Of a stretch of DNA of 64,000 nt, positions 9,596 to 24,034 are shown one piece after another. Below the pieces are notes generated by a model that was given only the letters and a program-made list of their open reading frames with translations, made no database searches and was not told the origin of the DNA. Numbering within the stretch: the stretch's first letter is position 1; each line of letters opens with the position of its first letter. Both the position numbers and the translations under genes were made by a program. The stretch is from assembly GCF_044324875.1 (NCBI RefSeq), contig NZ_CP172185.1; one strand, given 5' to 3'. This DNA comes from Escherichia coli. Lineage in GTDB: Bacteria; Pseudomonadota; Gammaproteobacteria; Enterobacterales; Enterobacteriaceae.

Positions 9596-10294
9596 AAAAA
9601 ATCATAATACTGCTCAGTTTACTGATACTGCTGCCTCTGACAGCAACCAGTAAGCCCTTAATCCCAATAATGAAGACACTTTTTACGGATGTTACAGGTA
9701 CTGTACCGGATGCTGAGGAGATTGCGCGGAAAGCGGAGCTTTTTCGTCAACAAACCGGGATTGCGCCGTTTATCGTGGTTGTACCTGACGTTAATGAAGC
9801 AAGCTTCAGGCAAAATGGCAAAGCGATGCTGGCGCATGCGTCATCTTCATTGAGTGATGTAAAAGGCAGCGTCCTGTTACTTTTTACCACCCGCGAGCCA
9901 CGGTTAATTATGATAACCAACGGCCAGGTTGAAAGCGGTCTGGACGATAAACATCTCGGCCTTCTGGTTGAAAATCACACTCATGCTTATTTACATGCGG
10001 ACCTCTGGTATCAGGGAATCAATAATGCATTGGCTGTTTTACAAGCACAGATATTAAAACAACCGACGCCGCCACTGACATATTATCCGCATCCCGGACA
10101 ACAGCAGGAGAATGATCCTCCCGGCAGTACCACGATATTAGGTCTTTTTGCCTGGGCAGTTGCATTCATCTTCTTTACTGCATTTTTTTACTACACGACG
10201 CGCCTTAATTATGCATTAAAGTTTGCAGTGGCGATGACTATTGCCAATATGGGTTATCAGGCTTTATGTTTGTACATCGGGTAATGACTCCAAC

Positions 10295-10798
10295 TTATTG
10301 ATAGTGTTTTATGTTCAGATAATGCCCGATGACTTTGTCATGCAGCTCCACCGATTTTGAGAACGACAGCGACTTCCGTCCCAGCCGTGCCAGGTGCTGC
10401 CTCAGATTCAGGTTATGCCGCTCAATTCGCTGCGTATATCGCTTGCTGATTACGTGCAGCTTTCCCTTCAGGCGGGATTCATACAGTGGCCAGCCATCCG
10501 TCATCCATATCACCACGTCAAAGGGTGACAGCAGGCTCATAAGACGCCCCAGCGTCGCCATAGTGCGTTCACCGAATACGTGCGCAACAACCGTCTTCCG
10601 GAGCCTGTCATACGCGTAAAACAGCCAGCGCTGGCGCGATTTAGCCCCGACATAGCCCCACTGTTCGTCCATTTCCGCGCAGACGATGACGTCACTGCCC
10701 GGCTGTATGCGCGAGGTTACCGACTGCGGCCTGAGTTTTTTAAGTGACGTAAAATCGTGTTGAGGCCAACGCCCATAATGCGGGCAGTTGCCCGGCAT
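10295..10798 (-). CDS. insB: IS1 InsB reading frame (expressed as InsAB' by frameshift)
   Basis: 167-aa ORF recognised as IS1 InsB. Confidence 0.9.
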
Positions 10799-10992
10799 CC
10801 AACGCCATTCATGGCCATATCAATGATTTTCTGGTGCGTACCGGGTTGAGAAGCGGTGTAAGTGAACTGCAGTTGCCATGTTTTACGGCAGTGAGAGCAG
10901 AGATAGCGCTGATGTCCGGCGGTGCTTTTGCCGTTACGCACCACCCCGTCAGTAGCTGAACAGGAGGGACAGCTGATAGAAACAGAAGCCAC
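10717..10992 (-). CDS. insA: IS1 InsA
   Basis: 91-aa ORF recognised as IS1 InsA. Confidence 0.95.
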
Positions 10993-11159
10993 TGGAGCAC
11001 CTCAAAAACACCATCATACACTAAATCAGTAAGTTGGCAGCATCACCTGTACATCGATAATAGCTTTGCGATTACCAGAATATCGCCGCTCTGGGCAGGG
11101 CTGATTGGTGTCTGTACGTTTATTGCCGCGTTGTTATTGACGAGTAAACGGTAAAAGAG

Positions 11160-11290
11160 GCAGTAAAGTGTGCGTTTATTATGCCGGATGCGGCGCGAAC
11201 GCCTTATCTGGCCCACAAAACCCGCAAATTCAATTAATTGCGTCCCCTTGTAGGCCTGATAAGCGTAGCGCATCAGGCAATGCTTCCTGC
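11160..11290. repeat. REP/BIME-type palindromic units between ycfZ and cobB
   Basis: GCCGGATGCGGCG...CGCCTTATC and GTAGGCCTGATAAGCG...CGCATCAGGC motifs. Confidence 0.7.
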
Positions 11291-11291
11291 T

Positions 11292-12113
11292 TTATAAGCC
11301 CTTCAGCAACTTTTCAACAAACTCTGGCACCACCTGGCTTGCCGGGCCGTAATATTTCTCGGCAAATTCATTACCGACCTGGCTTGGTTCAAGATTCAGT
11401 TCCACGGTGTGTGCGCCATGCAGTTTCGCTTCGTGAACAAACCCAGCCGCCGGATAAACATGCCCTGATGTACCAATGGCAATGAAAATATCGGCCATTG
11501 ACAACGCCATATAAATTTCATCCATGCCGAGTGGCATTTCGCCAAACCAAACGACGTGCGGGCGCAAGGGTGCCGGGAACTGGCAACAATGGCATTTATC
11601 TTCTGGCGTAACGTCTCCGGTCCAGTCGAGAACCTGACCACTTTGCGAACAGCGAACTTTCAGCAGTTCCCCATGCATATGAATGACATTGGTATTACCT
11701 GCGCGTTCATGCAGGTTGTCGATATTCTGCGTCACCAGCAAAAAGCGATCGCCGAGGGCGTCTTGCAGTTTAGCCAGCGCAAGATGCGCGGCGTTAGGCT
11801 GAATTTCTGGCTGCTGTAGCTGTCGACGACGGGCGTTATAAAACGCTTGCACCAGTTCAGGATCGCGATCGAAACCTTCCGGCGTTGCCACATCTTCAAC
11901 CCGATGTTCTTCCCACAGGCCATCTGCGGCGCGAAAGGTACGAATACCTGATTCCGCAGAAATCCCTGCCCCTGTCAGTACGAGTACTCTTGGTTTTTCC
12001 ATTGCTTCCGGCACCACTTTATCTCTGAAAAAAATACGCTGACGCAAACGCTCGCGCAGACGGCGTTTATTTTTACGAAAACGACTTAACCGATGACCCC
12101 GACGCGACAGCAT
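11292..12113 (-). CDS. cobB: NAD-dependent protein deacylase (sirtuin) CobB
   Basis: 273-aa ORF recognised as CobB. Confidence 0.95.
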   Translation of the reverse strand: MLSRRGHRLSRFRKNKRRLRERLRQRIFFRDKVVPEAMEKPRVLVLTGAGISAESGIRTFRAADGLWEEHRVEDVATPEGFDRDPELVQAFYNARRRQLQQPEIQPNAAHLALAKLQDALGDRFLLVTQNIDNLHERAGNTNVIHMHGELLKVRCSQSGQVLDWTGDVTPEDKCHCCQFPAPLRPHVVWFGEMPLGMDEIYMALSMADIFIAIGTSGHVYPAAGFVHEAKLHGAHTVELNLEPSQVGNEFAEKYYGPASQVVPEFVEKLLKGL

Positions 12114-12128
12114 AGCAACCTCTGTTGT

Positions 12129-13040
12129 TTAATCGGTTAGATGTAGGAAGGCCGCACCACGCATTCCTCCCGCATCACCGTGGCGCGCGCGTTCAATGCG
12201 CGGAACACGAGCTACAGGTAAGAGATGACGAGGCAGCCTGTCCGCCAGTTGCGTTGTGATTGCCGGGAAATTCGATAAGCCACCACCAATGACGACCAGG
12301 TCAGGGTCAACAATGGTCAGGATATTTCCCAGACAAACCGCTAATAAATCCAGATAACGCTCAACGTGCGCCCTTGCCTGCTCATCACCTTGATCATAAA
12401 GCGCAATAATTTCGGGAGCCTGCAACGGTTGATGATAATAGTGTTGATACAGCCACGCAAAACCGCGACCAGACAGATAATTTTCAATGCAGCCATGCTG
12501 ACCACAGCCGCAGCGGCGTAACGGGAAATCCAGCCCCATCATGGTTAACGCATCAACCGGCAGACGCATATGGCCAAACTCGCCGGTAATATAGCTTTTA
12601 CCGGTAATTGGTTTACCGTTGAAAATCAGCCCGCCGCCAACGCCGGTGCCGAGAATCAACCCCATCACTAGTGGATATTGAGTAAATTCATCATCCCAGG
12701 CTTCTGAAAGGGCAAAACAGTTGGCATCGTTATCAAGGCGGACATCGCGATCAAGACGTGCGCTCAGGTCGGCACGCAGCGGTTTACCGCTGGCAGCGGG
12801 GACATTGGCGGCATACAGCGTACCATCTTCTGTTTCCGGCATTCCCGGAATACCGATGCCGACAGAACCTTTACAGCCAAAACGCTTATCGGCTTCAGCC
12901 ACCAGCTCGCACACTGCATCTAAAAATGCGTCATAGCTGTCACGCGGTGTCGGCACCCGCTTTTCCCACTGCAACTGCCGACTGCTATCAAACACGCCAA
13001 GCGCAATTTTTGTTCCACCAATATCAAACCCGTAATACAT
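12129..13040 (-). CDS. nagK: N-acetyl-D-glucosamine kinase NagK
   Basis: Recognised NagK; start set at [11 protein letters not shown] to give 303 aa. Confidence 0.9.
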   Translation of the reverse strand: MYYGFDIGGTKIALGVFDSSRQLQWEKRVPTPRDSYDAFLDAVCELVAEADKRFGCKGSVGIGIPGMPETEDGTLYAANVPAASGKPLRADLSARLDRDVRLDNDANCFALSEAWDDEFTQYPLVMGLILGTGVGGGLIFNGKPITGKSYITGEFGHMRLPVDALTMMGLDFPLRRCGCGQHGCIENYLSGRGFAWLYQHYYHQPLQAPEIIALYDQGDEQARAHVERYLDLLAVCLGNILTIVDPDLVVIGGGLSNFPAITTQLADRLPRHLLPVARVPRIERARHGDAGGMRGAAFLHLTD

Positions 13041-13068
13041 TGCCGCTCCTTGTTTTAATGTACTGCCT

Positions 13069-16317
<3,249 letters not shown>

Positions 16318-16466
16318 TCAATCGACTAAAGGGCCTCATTTTCTCATCGGCCTTGTAGCCTGATCTTTATCTGAAAAATAACCAAATACAGACAGATACG
16401 CATTACACCACGCGACTGGCCCCTCAGGATCAACAGCATGTTAAATAAAAAGAGCGTGTTGTCCTG

Positions 16467-17540
16467 ATGAAACAAAAAGAGCTATGGATTAACCAGATCA
16501 AAGGGTTATGTATTTGTCTGGTGGTGATTTATCACTCGGTCATTACCTTTTATCCGCATATGACCACTTTTCAGCATCCGTTATCGGAAGTCCTGAGCAA
16601 ATGCTGGATCTATTTCAATCTTTACCTTGCACCCTTTCGTATGCCGGTTTTTTTCTTTATATCCGGCTATTTGATTCGCCGCTATATCGACAGCGTACCG
16701 TGGGGAAATTGTCTCGATAAACGCATCTGGAACATCTTCTGGGTGCTGGCGCTTTGGGGCGTGGTGCAGTGGCTGGCGTTAAGTGCGCTGAACCAGTGGC
16801 TGGCACCTGAGCGCGATTTAAGCAATGCCTCCAATGCCGCGTATGCCGATTCCACCGGTGAGTTCCTGCACGGGATGATCACCGCCAGCACCAGTTTGTG
16901 GTATCTGTATGCGTTAATTGTTTATTTCGTGGTATGTAAAATTTTTAGCCGTCTGGCGCTGCCACTATTCGCCTTGTTTGTACTGATGAGTGTGGCGGTT
17001 AATTTCGTTCCCACGCCGTGGTGGGGAATGAACAGTGTGATCCGCAATTTGCCTTATTACAGCCTTGGCGCATGGTTTGGCGCAACATTAATGACCTACG
17101 TTAAAGAGGTGCCGTTGCGCCGCCATCTGCTGATGGCTTCTTTGCTGACCGTTCTGGCGGTCGGTGCCTGGTTGTTTACTATCTCGCTGCTGTTGTCGCT
17201 GGTATCGATTGTGGTGATCATGAAGCTGTTTTATCAATACGAGCAACGTTTCGGTATGCGCTCCACCAGCCTGCTGAATGTGATTGGCACCAACACCATT
17301 GCTATCTACACCACCCATCGCATTCTGGTAGAGATATTCAGCTTAACTCTGCTTGCGCCAATGAACGCGGCACGCTGGTCGCCGCAAGTCGAACTGACAC
17401 TCCTGATGGTTTACCCCTTTGTCAGTTTGTTCATCTGTACTGTTGCGGGCTTGCTGGTAAGAAAACTTTCACAGCGCGCATTCAGCGATCTGTTGTTCTC
17501 CCCGCCTTCTCTGCCCGCTGCCGTCAGTTACTCCCGCTAA
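16467..17540 (+). CDS. ycfT: Acyltransferase family 3 inner membrane protein YcfT
   Basis: 357-aa multi-TM ORF recognised as YcfT. Confidence 0.9.
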   Translation: MKQKELWINQIKGLCICLVVIYHSVITFYPHMTTFQHPLSEVLSKCWIYFNLYLAPFRMPVFFFISGYLIRRYIDSVPWGNCLDKRIWNIFWVLALWGVVQWLALSALNQWLAPERDLSNASNAAYADSTGEFLHGMITASTSLWYLYALIVYFVVCKIFSRLALPLFALFVLMSVAVNFVPTPWWGMNSVIRNLPYYSLGAWFGATLMTYVKEVPLRRHLLMASLLTVLAVGAWLFTISLLLSLVSIVVIMKLFYQYEQRFGMRSTSLLNVIGTNTIAIYTTHRILVEIFSLTLLAPMNAARWSPQVELTLLMVYPFVSLFICTVAGLLVRKLSQRAFSDLLFSPPSLPAAVSYSR

Positions 17541-17667
17541 GCCATCGCCCCAGCCGGGGCGATTCAATTTGCTAAACCATGTCGATTACGGATAATGAAC
17601 AGCATTGCTTATCAGAGATATGCCCCCATATGTTGAGGCATATCCTAACGAGAATCTGACAACCGTT

Positions 17668-20600
17668 ATGCCTGAACAATATCGTTATACGCTGCCCGTC
17701 AAAGCGGGTGAGCAGCGTCTGCTGGGCGAGTTAACTGGCGCTGCCTGCGCGACGCTGGTAGCGGAAATTGCCGAACGTCACGCCGGACCAGTGGTGCTTA
17801 TTGCGCCAGATATGCAAAATGCTCTGCGTTTGCATGATGAAATTAGCCAGTTTACCGACCAGATGGTGATGAATCTGGCGGACTGGGAAACTCTTCCCTA
17901 CGACAGTTTTTCGCCTCATCAGGACATTATCTCCTCGCGCCTTTCCACCCTTTACCAGCTACCGACGATGCAACGTGGTGTACTGATTGTTCCGGTGAAT
18001 ACGCTTATGCAGCGCGTTTGCCCGCACAGTTTTCTCCACGGCCATGCGCTGGTGATGAAAAAAGGTCAGCGCCTGTCACGAGATGCATTACGAACCCAAC
18101 TGGACAGCGCCGGTTATCGCCATGTTGACCAGGTTATGGAGCACGGCGAATACGCCACGCGCGGCGCGTTGCTGGATCTCTTCCCGATGGGAAGTGAGCT
18201 GCCTTATCGTCTTGATTTCTTTGATGATGAAATCGACAGTCTGCGGGTGTTTGACGTCGACAGCCAGCGCACGCTGGAGGAAGTAGAAGCGATCAATCTG
18301 CTGCCCGCGCACGAATTTCCGACCGATAAAGCGGCAATTGAACTGTTCCGCAGCCAGTGGCGCGATACCTTCGAAGTGAAGCGTGACCCGGAACATATTT
18401 ATCAGCAAGTGAGTAAAGGCACATTACCTGCCGGGATCGAGTACTGGCAGCCGCTATTCTTCAGCGAACCGCTGCCGCCACTGTTCAGTTATTTCCCTGC
18501 CAATACGCTGTTGGTGAATACTGGCGATCTGGAAAACAGTGCCGAACGTTTCCAGGCTGACACGCTGGCGCGTTTTGAAAATCGCGGCGTCGATCCGATG
18601 CGTCCACTGTTGCCACCACAATCGCTCTGGCTGCGGGTAGACGAGCTCTTTTCAGAGCTGAAAAACTGGCCGCGTGTGCAGCTAAAAACTGAACATTTAC
18701 CGACAAAAGCAGCGAATGCCAATTTAGGTTTTCAGAAGCTGCTAGACCTGGCCGTTCAGGCACAACAAAAAGCGCCGCTGGATGCGCTGCGTAAGTTCCT
18801 CGAGTCTTTCGACGGTCCGGTGGTGTTCTCGGTAGAAAGTGAAGGTCGCCGTGAAGCACTGGGTGAACTGCTCGCGCGAATTAAAATTGCTCCTCAACGC
18901 ATTATGCGTCTTGATGAAGCCAAAGACCGTGGGCGTTATCTGATGATTGGCGCTGCCGAACATGGTTTTGTCGATACGGTACGTAATCTGGCGCTGATTT
19001 GCGAAAGCGATCTGCTCGGTGAACGCGTTGCCCGTCGTCGTCAGGATTCTCGCCGCGCCATCAACCCCGATACACTGATCCGTAACCTCGCGGAGCTGCA
19101 TATTGGTCAGCCGGTGGTCCATCTGGAGCACGGTGTCGGTCGTTATGCAGGAATGACCACGCTGGAAGCGGGCGGCATTACTGGCGAGTACCTGATGCTC
19201 ACCTATGCCAACGACGCCAAACTGTATGTTCCGGTGTCGTCACTGCATCTGATTAGCCGTTACGCAGGTGGCGCGGAAGAAAACGCCCCGCTGCATAAAC
19301 TTGGCGGCGATGCGTGGTCACGCGCGCGGCAGAAAGCGGCGGAAAAAGTGCGTGATGTGGCGGCAGAATTACTGGATATTTACGCGCAACGCGCCGCCAA
19401 AGAGGGCTTCGCGTTTAAACACGATCGCGAGCAGTATCAGTTGTTCTGCGACAGCTTCCCGTTTGAAACCACGCCGGATCAGGCGCAGGCCATTAATGCG
19501 GTGCTTAGCGACATGTGTCAGCCGCTGGCAATGGATCGTCTGGTGTGCGGCGATGTTGGCTTTGGTAAAACAGAAGTGGCGATGCGCGCCGCTTTCCTGG
19601 CAGTAGATAACCACAAGCAGGTGGCGGTGCTGGTGCCTACCACCCTTCTCGCGCAGCAGCATTACGACAACTTCCGCGACCGTTTCGCCAACTGGCCGGT
19701 ACGTATCGAAATGATCTCCCGTTTCCGCAGCGCCAAAGAGCAGACGCAAATCCTTGCGGAAGTAGCGGAAGGGAAAATCGATATTCTGATCGGTACGCAC
19801 AAACTGCTGCAAAGTGACGTCAAGTTTAAAGATTTAGGCCTGCTGATTGTCGATGAAGAACACCGCTTCGGGGTGCGTCATAAAGAGCGCATTAAAGCGA
19901 TGCGCGCGAACGTGGATATTCTGACGCTTACTGCAACGCCGATCCCACGTACGCTGAATATGGCAATGAGCGGAATGCGTGACCTGTCGATTATCGCCAC
20001 GCCGCCCGCCCGTCGTCTGGCAGTTAAAACCTTTGTCCGTGAGTATGACAGCCTGGTGGTCAGGGAGGCGATCCTGCGTGAAATTTTGCGCGGGGGGCAG
20101 GTTTATTATCTTTACAATGATGTGGAAAACATCCAGAAAGCCGCCGAACGGCTGGCAGAACTGGTGCCAGAAGCGCGGATCGCCATCGGTCACGGGCAGA
20201 TGCGCGAGCGCGAACTGGAACGGGTGATGAATGATTTCCATCATCAACGTTTCAACGTGCTGGTTTGTACAACCATTATCGAAACCGGGATCGACATCCC
20301 GACAGCCAACACCATTATCATTGAACGCGCGGATCACTTCGGTCTGGCGCAGCTGCACCAGTTGCGCGGTCGCGTCGGACGTTCGCATCATCAGGCATAT
20401 GCATGGCTGCTGACGCCGCATCCAAAAGCGATGACTACCGATGCGCAAAAACGTCTTGAAGCGATTGCCTCGCTGGAAGATCTCGGGGCAGGTTTTGCGC
20501 TGGCAACGCACGATCTGGAGATTCGCGGCGCGGGTGAACTGCTTGGCGAAGAACAAAGCGGCTCAATGGAAACTATCGGTTTCTCGCTGTATATGGAGTT

Positions 20601-21114
20601 GCTGGAAAACGCCGTCGATGCGCTGAAAGCCGGACGCGAGCCGTCGCTGGAAGATCTCACCAGTCAACAAACAGAAGTCGAGCTGCGGATGCCGTCGCTG
20701 TTGCCGGATGATTTCATTCCTGACGTGAATACGCGTTTGTCGTTCTATAAACGTATTGCCAGCGCCAAAACGGAAAACGAACTGGAAGAGATCAAAGTTG
20801 AGCTTATCGATCGCTTCGGCCTGCTGCCGGATCCGGCGCGTACCCTGCTGGATATTGCCCGTCTGCGCCAGCAAGCGCAGAAACTGGGGATCAGGAAGCT
20901 GGAAGGTAATGAGAAAGGCGGCGTGATCGAATTTGCCGAGAAGAATCACGTTAATCCGGCCTGGTTGATTGGTTTGCTGCAAAAACAGCCGCAGCATTAC
21001 CGCCTTGATGGTCCGACGCGCCTGAAGTTTATTCAGGATTTGAGTGAGCGGAAAACGCGTATCGAATGGGTACGCCAGTTTATGCGTGAACTGGAAGAGA
21101 ACGCCATCGCTTAA
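17668..21114 (+). CDS. mfd: Transcription-repair coupling factor Mfd
   Basis: Recognised Mfd; start at MPEQYRYTLP gives 1148 aa (track ORF starts at 17605). Confidence 0.95.
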   Translation: MPEQYRYTLPVKAGEQRLLGELTGAACATLVAEIAERHAGPVVLIAPDMQNALRLHDEISQFTDQMVMNLADWETLPYDSFSPHQDIISSRLSTLYQLPTMQRGVLIVPVNTLMQRVCPHSFLHGHALVMKKGQRLSRDALRTQLDSAGYRHVDQVMEHGEYATRGALLDLFPMGSELPYRLDFFDDEIDSLRVFDVDSQRTLEEVEAINLLPAHEFPTDKAAIELFRSQWRDTFEVKRDPEHIYQQVSKGTLPAGIEYWQPLFFSEPLPPLFSYFPANTLLVNTGDLENSAERFQADTLARFENRGVDPMRPLLPPQSLWLRVDELFSELKNWPRVQLKTEHLPTKAANANLGFQKLLDLAVQAQQKAPLDALRKFLESFDGPVVFSVESEGRREALGELLARIKIAPQRIMRLDEAKDRGRYLMIGAAEHGFVDTVRNLALICESDLLGERVARRRQDSRRAINPDTLIRNLAELHIGQPVVHLEHGVGRYAGMTTLEAGGITGEYLMLTYANDAKLYVPVSSLHLISRYAGGAEENAPLHKLGGDAWSRARQKAAEKVRDVAAELLDIYAQRAAKEGFAFKHDREQYQLFCDSFPFETTPDQAQAINAVLSDMCQPLAMDRLVCGDVGFGKTEVAMRAAFLAVDNHKQVAVLVPTTLLAQQHYDNFRDRFANWPVRIEMISRFRSAKEQTQILAEVAEGKIDILIGTHKLLQSDVKFKDLGLLIVDEEHRFGVRHKERIKAMRANVDILTLTATPIPRTLNMAMSGMRDLSIIATPPARRLAVKTFVREYDSLVVREAILREILRGGQVYYLYNDVENIQKAAERLAELVPEARIAIGHGQMRERELERVMNDFHHQRFNVLVCTTIIETGIDIPTANTIIIERADHFGLAQLHQLRGRVGRSHHQAYAWLLTPHPKAMTTDAQKRLEAIASLEDLGAGFALATHDLEIRGAGELLGEEQSGSMETIGFSLYMELLENAVDALKAGREPSLEDLTSQQTEVELRMPSLLPDDFIPDVNTRLSFYKRIASAKTENELEEIKVELIDRFGLLPDPARTLLDIARLRQQAQKLGIRKLEGNEKGGVIEFAEKNHVNPAWLIGLLQKQPQHYRLDGPTRLKFIQDLSERKTRIEWVRQFMRELEENAIA

Positions 21115-21260
21115 TGGTAAATCGGGGGCGTTTCTGCGCCCCCATCTGCAACATTTACAAATTCTTTGCACTTCCCTGCACTATCCGACACTGTCACCAT
21201 CCATAATTCAGGCTTATCTGTTTATTACAATAACCTTATATTTATTATGTATTTTTGGTG

Positions 21261-22220
21261 ATGATCAAAACGCGTTTTTCTCGCTGGCTAACGTTTTTTA
21301 CGTTCGCCGCTGCCGTGGCGCTGGCGCTACCGGCAAAAGCCAACACCTGGCCGCTGCCGCCAGCGGGCAGTCGTCTGGTTGGCGAAAACAAATTTCATGT
21401 GGTGGAAAATGACGGTGGTTCTCTGGAAGCCATCGCCAAAAAATATAACGTCGGCTTTCTCGCTCTGTTACAGGCTAACCCCGGCGTTGATCCTTACGTA
21501 CCGCGCGCGGGCAGCGTGTTAACGATCCCGTTGCAAACCCTACTTCCAGATGCGCCGCGCGAAGGCATTGTGATCAATATTGCGGAGCTGCGTCTCTATT
21601 ACTACCCGCCGGGTAAAAATTCGGTAACCGTGTATCCAATAGGTATTGGTCAGTTGGGTGGTGACACGCTGACACCGACAATGGTGACCACCGTTTCAGA
21701 CAAACGAGCAAACCCAACCTGGACGCCAACGGCAAACATCCGCGCCCGTTATAAAGCACAGGGAATTGAGTTGCCTGCGGTAGTGCCGGCTGGACCGGAT
21801 AATCCAATGGGCCATCATGCGATTCGTCTGGCGGCCTATGGCGGCGTTTATTTGCTTCATGGTACGAACGCCGATTTCGGCATTGGCATGCGGGTAAGTT
21901 CTGGCTGTATTCGTCTGCGTGATGACGATATCAAAACACTCTTTAGCCAGGTCACCCCAGGCACCAAAGTGAATATCATCAACACTCCGATAAAAGTCTC
22001 TGCCGAACCAAACGGTGCGCGTCTGGTTGAAGTACATCAGCCGCTGTCAGAGAAGATTGATGACGATCCGCAGCTGCTGCCAATTACGCTGAATAGCGCA
22101 ATGCAATCATTTAAAGATGCAGCACAAACTGACGCTGAAGTGATGCAACATGTGATGGATGTCCGTTCCGGGATGCCGGTGGATGTCCGCCGTCATCAAG
22201 TGAGCCCACAAACTCTGTAA
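21261..22220 (+). CDS. ldtC: L,D-transpeptidase LdtC (YcfS)
   Basis: Recognised YcfS; LysM-like region and YkuD-type catalytic motif SSGCIRL. Confidence 0.9.
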   Translation: MIKTRFSRWLTFFTFAAAVALALPAKANTWPLPPAGSRLVGENKFHVVENDGGSLEAIAKKYNVGFLALLQANPGVDPYVPRAGSVLTIPLQTLLPDAPREGIVINIAELRLYYYPPGKNSVTVYPIGIGQLGGDTLTPTMVTTVSDKRANPTWTPTANIRARYKAQGIELPAVVPAGPDNPMGHHAIRLAAYGGVYLLHGTNADFGIGMRVSSGCIRLRDDDIKTLFSQVTPGTKVNIINTPIKVSAEPNGARLVEVHQPLSEKIDDDPQLLPITLNSAMQSFKDAAQTDAEVMQHVMDVRSGMPVDVRRHQVSPQTL

Positions 22221-22231
22221 ATCCTGGATAA

Positions 22232-22270
22232 AAAAAATCCCCGCGACACGGCATGTCGCGGGGAAAAAAT
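22232..22270 (-). terminator. Intrinsic terminator for bhsA, in the convergent gap with ldtC
   Basis: Stem CCCCGCGAC/GTCGCGGGG with a U-run on the minus-strand transcript. Confidence 0.6.
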
Positions 22271-22302
22271 CAGCAGTAGCAGGCATTAATGAGGGTTAAT
22301 GC

Positions 22303-22560
22303 TTATTTATAAATTACTGCTGTTCCATGGAGGGTATTTGGACCGGTTACAGAAGTAATACGGAATGATTTTGCGCCCATCTCATCCGCTTTTTGCGCCA
22401 GCTGCTCTTCCAGCGATCCCAGATTTGTCCCCGCGTTAGCACTGATAGTACCGACTTTTTGTTGGCCTTCTGGCGTTGACTGAACTTCGACAGCCGCAAA
22501 GCTGGCAAATGACATTGAGCTTAAAATCGCCGCAGCGATGAGGGTTTTTACGTTTTTCAT
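22303..22560 (-). CDS. bhsA: Multiple stress resistance protein BhsA (YcfR)
   Basis: 85-aa secreted YdgH/BhsA-family ORF. Confidence 0.9.
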   Translation of the reverse strand: MKNVKTLIAAAILSSMSFASFAAVEVQSTPEGQQKVGTISANAGTNLGSLEEQLAQKADEMGAKSFRITSVTGPNTLHGTAVIYK

Positions 22561-22800
22561 AATAGTGGCCTTATGCAGATGAATGACGTCGCAAGCAATT
22601 ACTTAACGATCGACAACTAAATGATAGATGTGATCTGGATCACATACAAGATATTTTTTATAACAATCATTAATTAATTTAAAAATCTTTAAATTTCAGT
22701 TAAATAGAAAGCAATTATTTTTATGGGATCTGGACTGGTGAACGGAGGTGATTATTTTTATAATAACCTTTCATTCACAGTCACCAGGTACAACGGCATC

Positions 22801-23433
22801 ATGGCAACTGACTCAACACAATGTGTAAAAAAAAGCCGTGGCCGCCCAAAAGTGTTCGACAGGGATGCCGCGCTTGATAAGGCCATGAAATTGTTCTGGC
22901 AACACGGTTATGAAGCGACTTCTCTTGCGGACCTCGTCGAAGCGACCGGAGCCAAAGCGCCCACGCTATACGCGGAATTTACCAACAAAGAGGGGTTATT
23001 TCGCGCCGTACTCGACCGCTATATCGATCATTTTGCCGCTAAGCATGAAGCACAGCTGTTTTGTGAAGAGAAAAGCGTGGAGACTGCGCTGGCTGACTAT
23101 TTTGCTGCCGTCGCCAACTGCTTTACCAGCAAAGACACCCCGGCTGGCTGCTTTATGATCAACAACTGCACCACCCTCTCCCCGGATTCCGGAGATATCG
23201 GCAATACGCTGAAATCACGCCATGCGATGCAAGAGCGCACTTTGCAGCAGTTTTTATGTCAACGACAAGCGCGCGGGGAAATCCCGACCCACTGTGACGT
23301 GACGCATCTGGCAGAATTCCTTAATTGTATTATTCAGGGGATGTCGATCAGCGCACGCGAAGGTGCATCGCTGGAAAAACTGATGCAGATTGCCCGAACG
23401 ACTTTGCGTTTATGGCCGGAACTGGTGAAATAA
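22801..23433 (+). CDS. comR: TetR-family repressor ComR (YcfQ)
   Basis: Recognised YcfQ; start at MATDSTQCV gives 210 aa. Confidence 0.9.
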   Translation: MATDSTQCVKKSRGRPKVFDRDAALDKAMKLFWQHGYEATSLADLVEATGAKAPTLYAEFTNKEGLFRAVLDRYIDHFAAKHEAQLFCEEKSVETALADYFAAVANCFTSKDTPAGCFMINNCTTLSPDSGDIGNTLKSRHAMQERTLQQFLCQRQARGEIPTHCDVTHLAEFLNCIIQGMSISAREGASLEKLMQIARTTLRLWPELVK

Positions 23434-23437
23434 GGCG

Positions 23438-23472
23438 CAAAAAAAGCCCCTCAGCCTGAGCGAATGAGGGGC
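23438..23472 (-). terminator. Intrinsic terminator in the comR/ycfJ convergent gap
   Basis: Stem AGCCCCTCA/TGAGGGGCT with a U-run on the minus-strand transcript. Confidence 0.55.
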
Positions 23473-23494
23473 TAAATTGCAGAGTACAGCCTTG

Positions 23495-24034
23495 TTATAC
23501 TTTGTTATTCAAAATCAGTTGCCCGTTGCTATCTAGCGGGATCTGCGTACCCGGATCGCGGTCCACGCGGATTTTGCCCTGCTGATCGCCAATCTTATAG
23601 GTCACATCATAACCGAGCATTTTTTCTGACTTGTCATACACCGTTTTACAACGCTGTTGCGTAGTCGTGTAAGTATCGCTTTCCTGGAGAGAGCCCTGGA
23701 TCTGGTTACCGGCATAGCCACCACCCAGCGCCCCCACAACAGTGGCGACATCTTTACCGCGACCACCACCAAACTGATGCCCTATCACGCCGCCAGCAAC
23801 AGCGCCGAGTACCGACCCGGTAATGCGATTTTCATCCTGCACCGGTCGACGATGGGTCACTGTGACGTTGCGACACTCCTGACGCGGTGTTTTAACCGTT
23901 TCCTTGATTGGGGTTGCAGAAACAACCTGAGCGTATTGCGGGCCACGTTCAAACACGTTCAGACTGGCCACTGCCGCTACGCCCAACGCAGCTGCGACAC
24001 CAATCCCCATACCCGCCAACATTGATTTATTCAC
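23495..24034 (-). CDS. ycfJ: Glycine-zipper outer-membrane-associated protein YcfJ
   Basis: Recognised YcfJ; probable GTG start giving 179 aa (track ORF extends to 24073). Confidence 0.8.
   Translation of the reverse strand: MNKSMLAGMGIGVAAALGVAAVASLNVFERGPQYAQVVSATPIKETVKTPRQECRNVTVTHRRPVQDENRITGSVLGAVAGGVIGHQFGGGRGKDVATVVGALGGGYAGNQIQGSLQESDTYTTTQQRCKTVYDKSEKMLGYDVTYKIGDQQGKIRVDRDPGTQIPLDSNGQLILNNKV

Larger units (their letters stand above)
10280..11047 (-). mobile_element. IS1, 768 bp, flanked by 9-bp target-site duplication TGTACATCG (10271-10279 and 11048-11056)
   Basis: Terminal repeats GGTAATGACTCC... and ...GGCAGCATCACC read from sequence; insA and insB present. Confidence 0.95.
9592..11154 (+). 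pseudogene. ycfZ: ycfZ interrupted at codon 230 by IS1; first 229 codons at 9592-10278, last 32 codons displaced to 11057-11154
   Basis: Track ORF 9592-10284 stops inside the IS1 terminal repeat; removing IS1 and one TSD copy restores a 262-aa frame. Confidence 0.85.

Noticed and set aside
21115-21150. Hairpin GGGGGCG...CGCCCCC after mfd as an intrinsic terminator
   Set aside because: Good stem but no U-run follows on the plus strand; not called as a feature.
19834-21171. Minus-strand ORFs of 240 and 202 aa antisense to mfd
   Set aside because: Lie entirely inside mfd on the opposite strand; chance open frames in a GC-rich gene.
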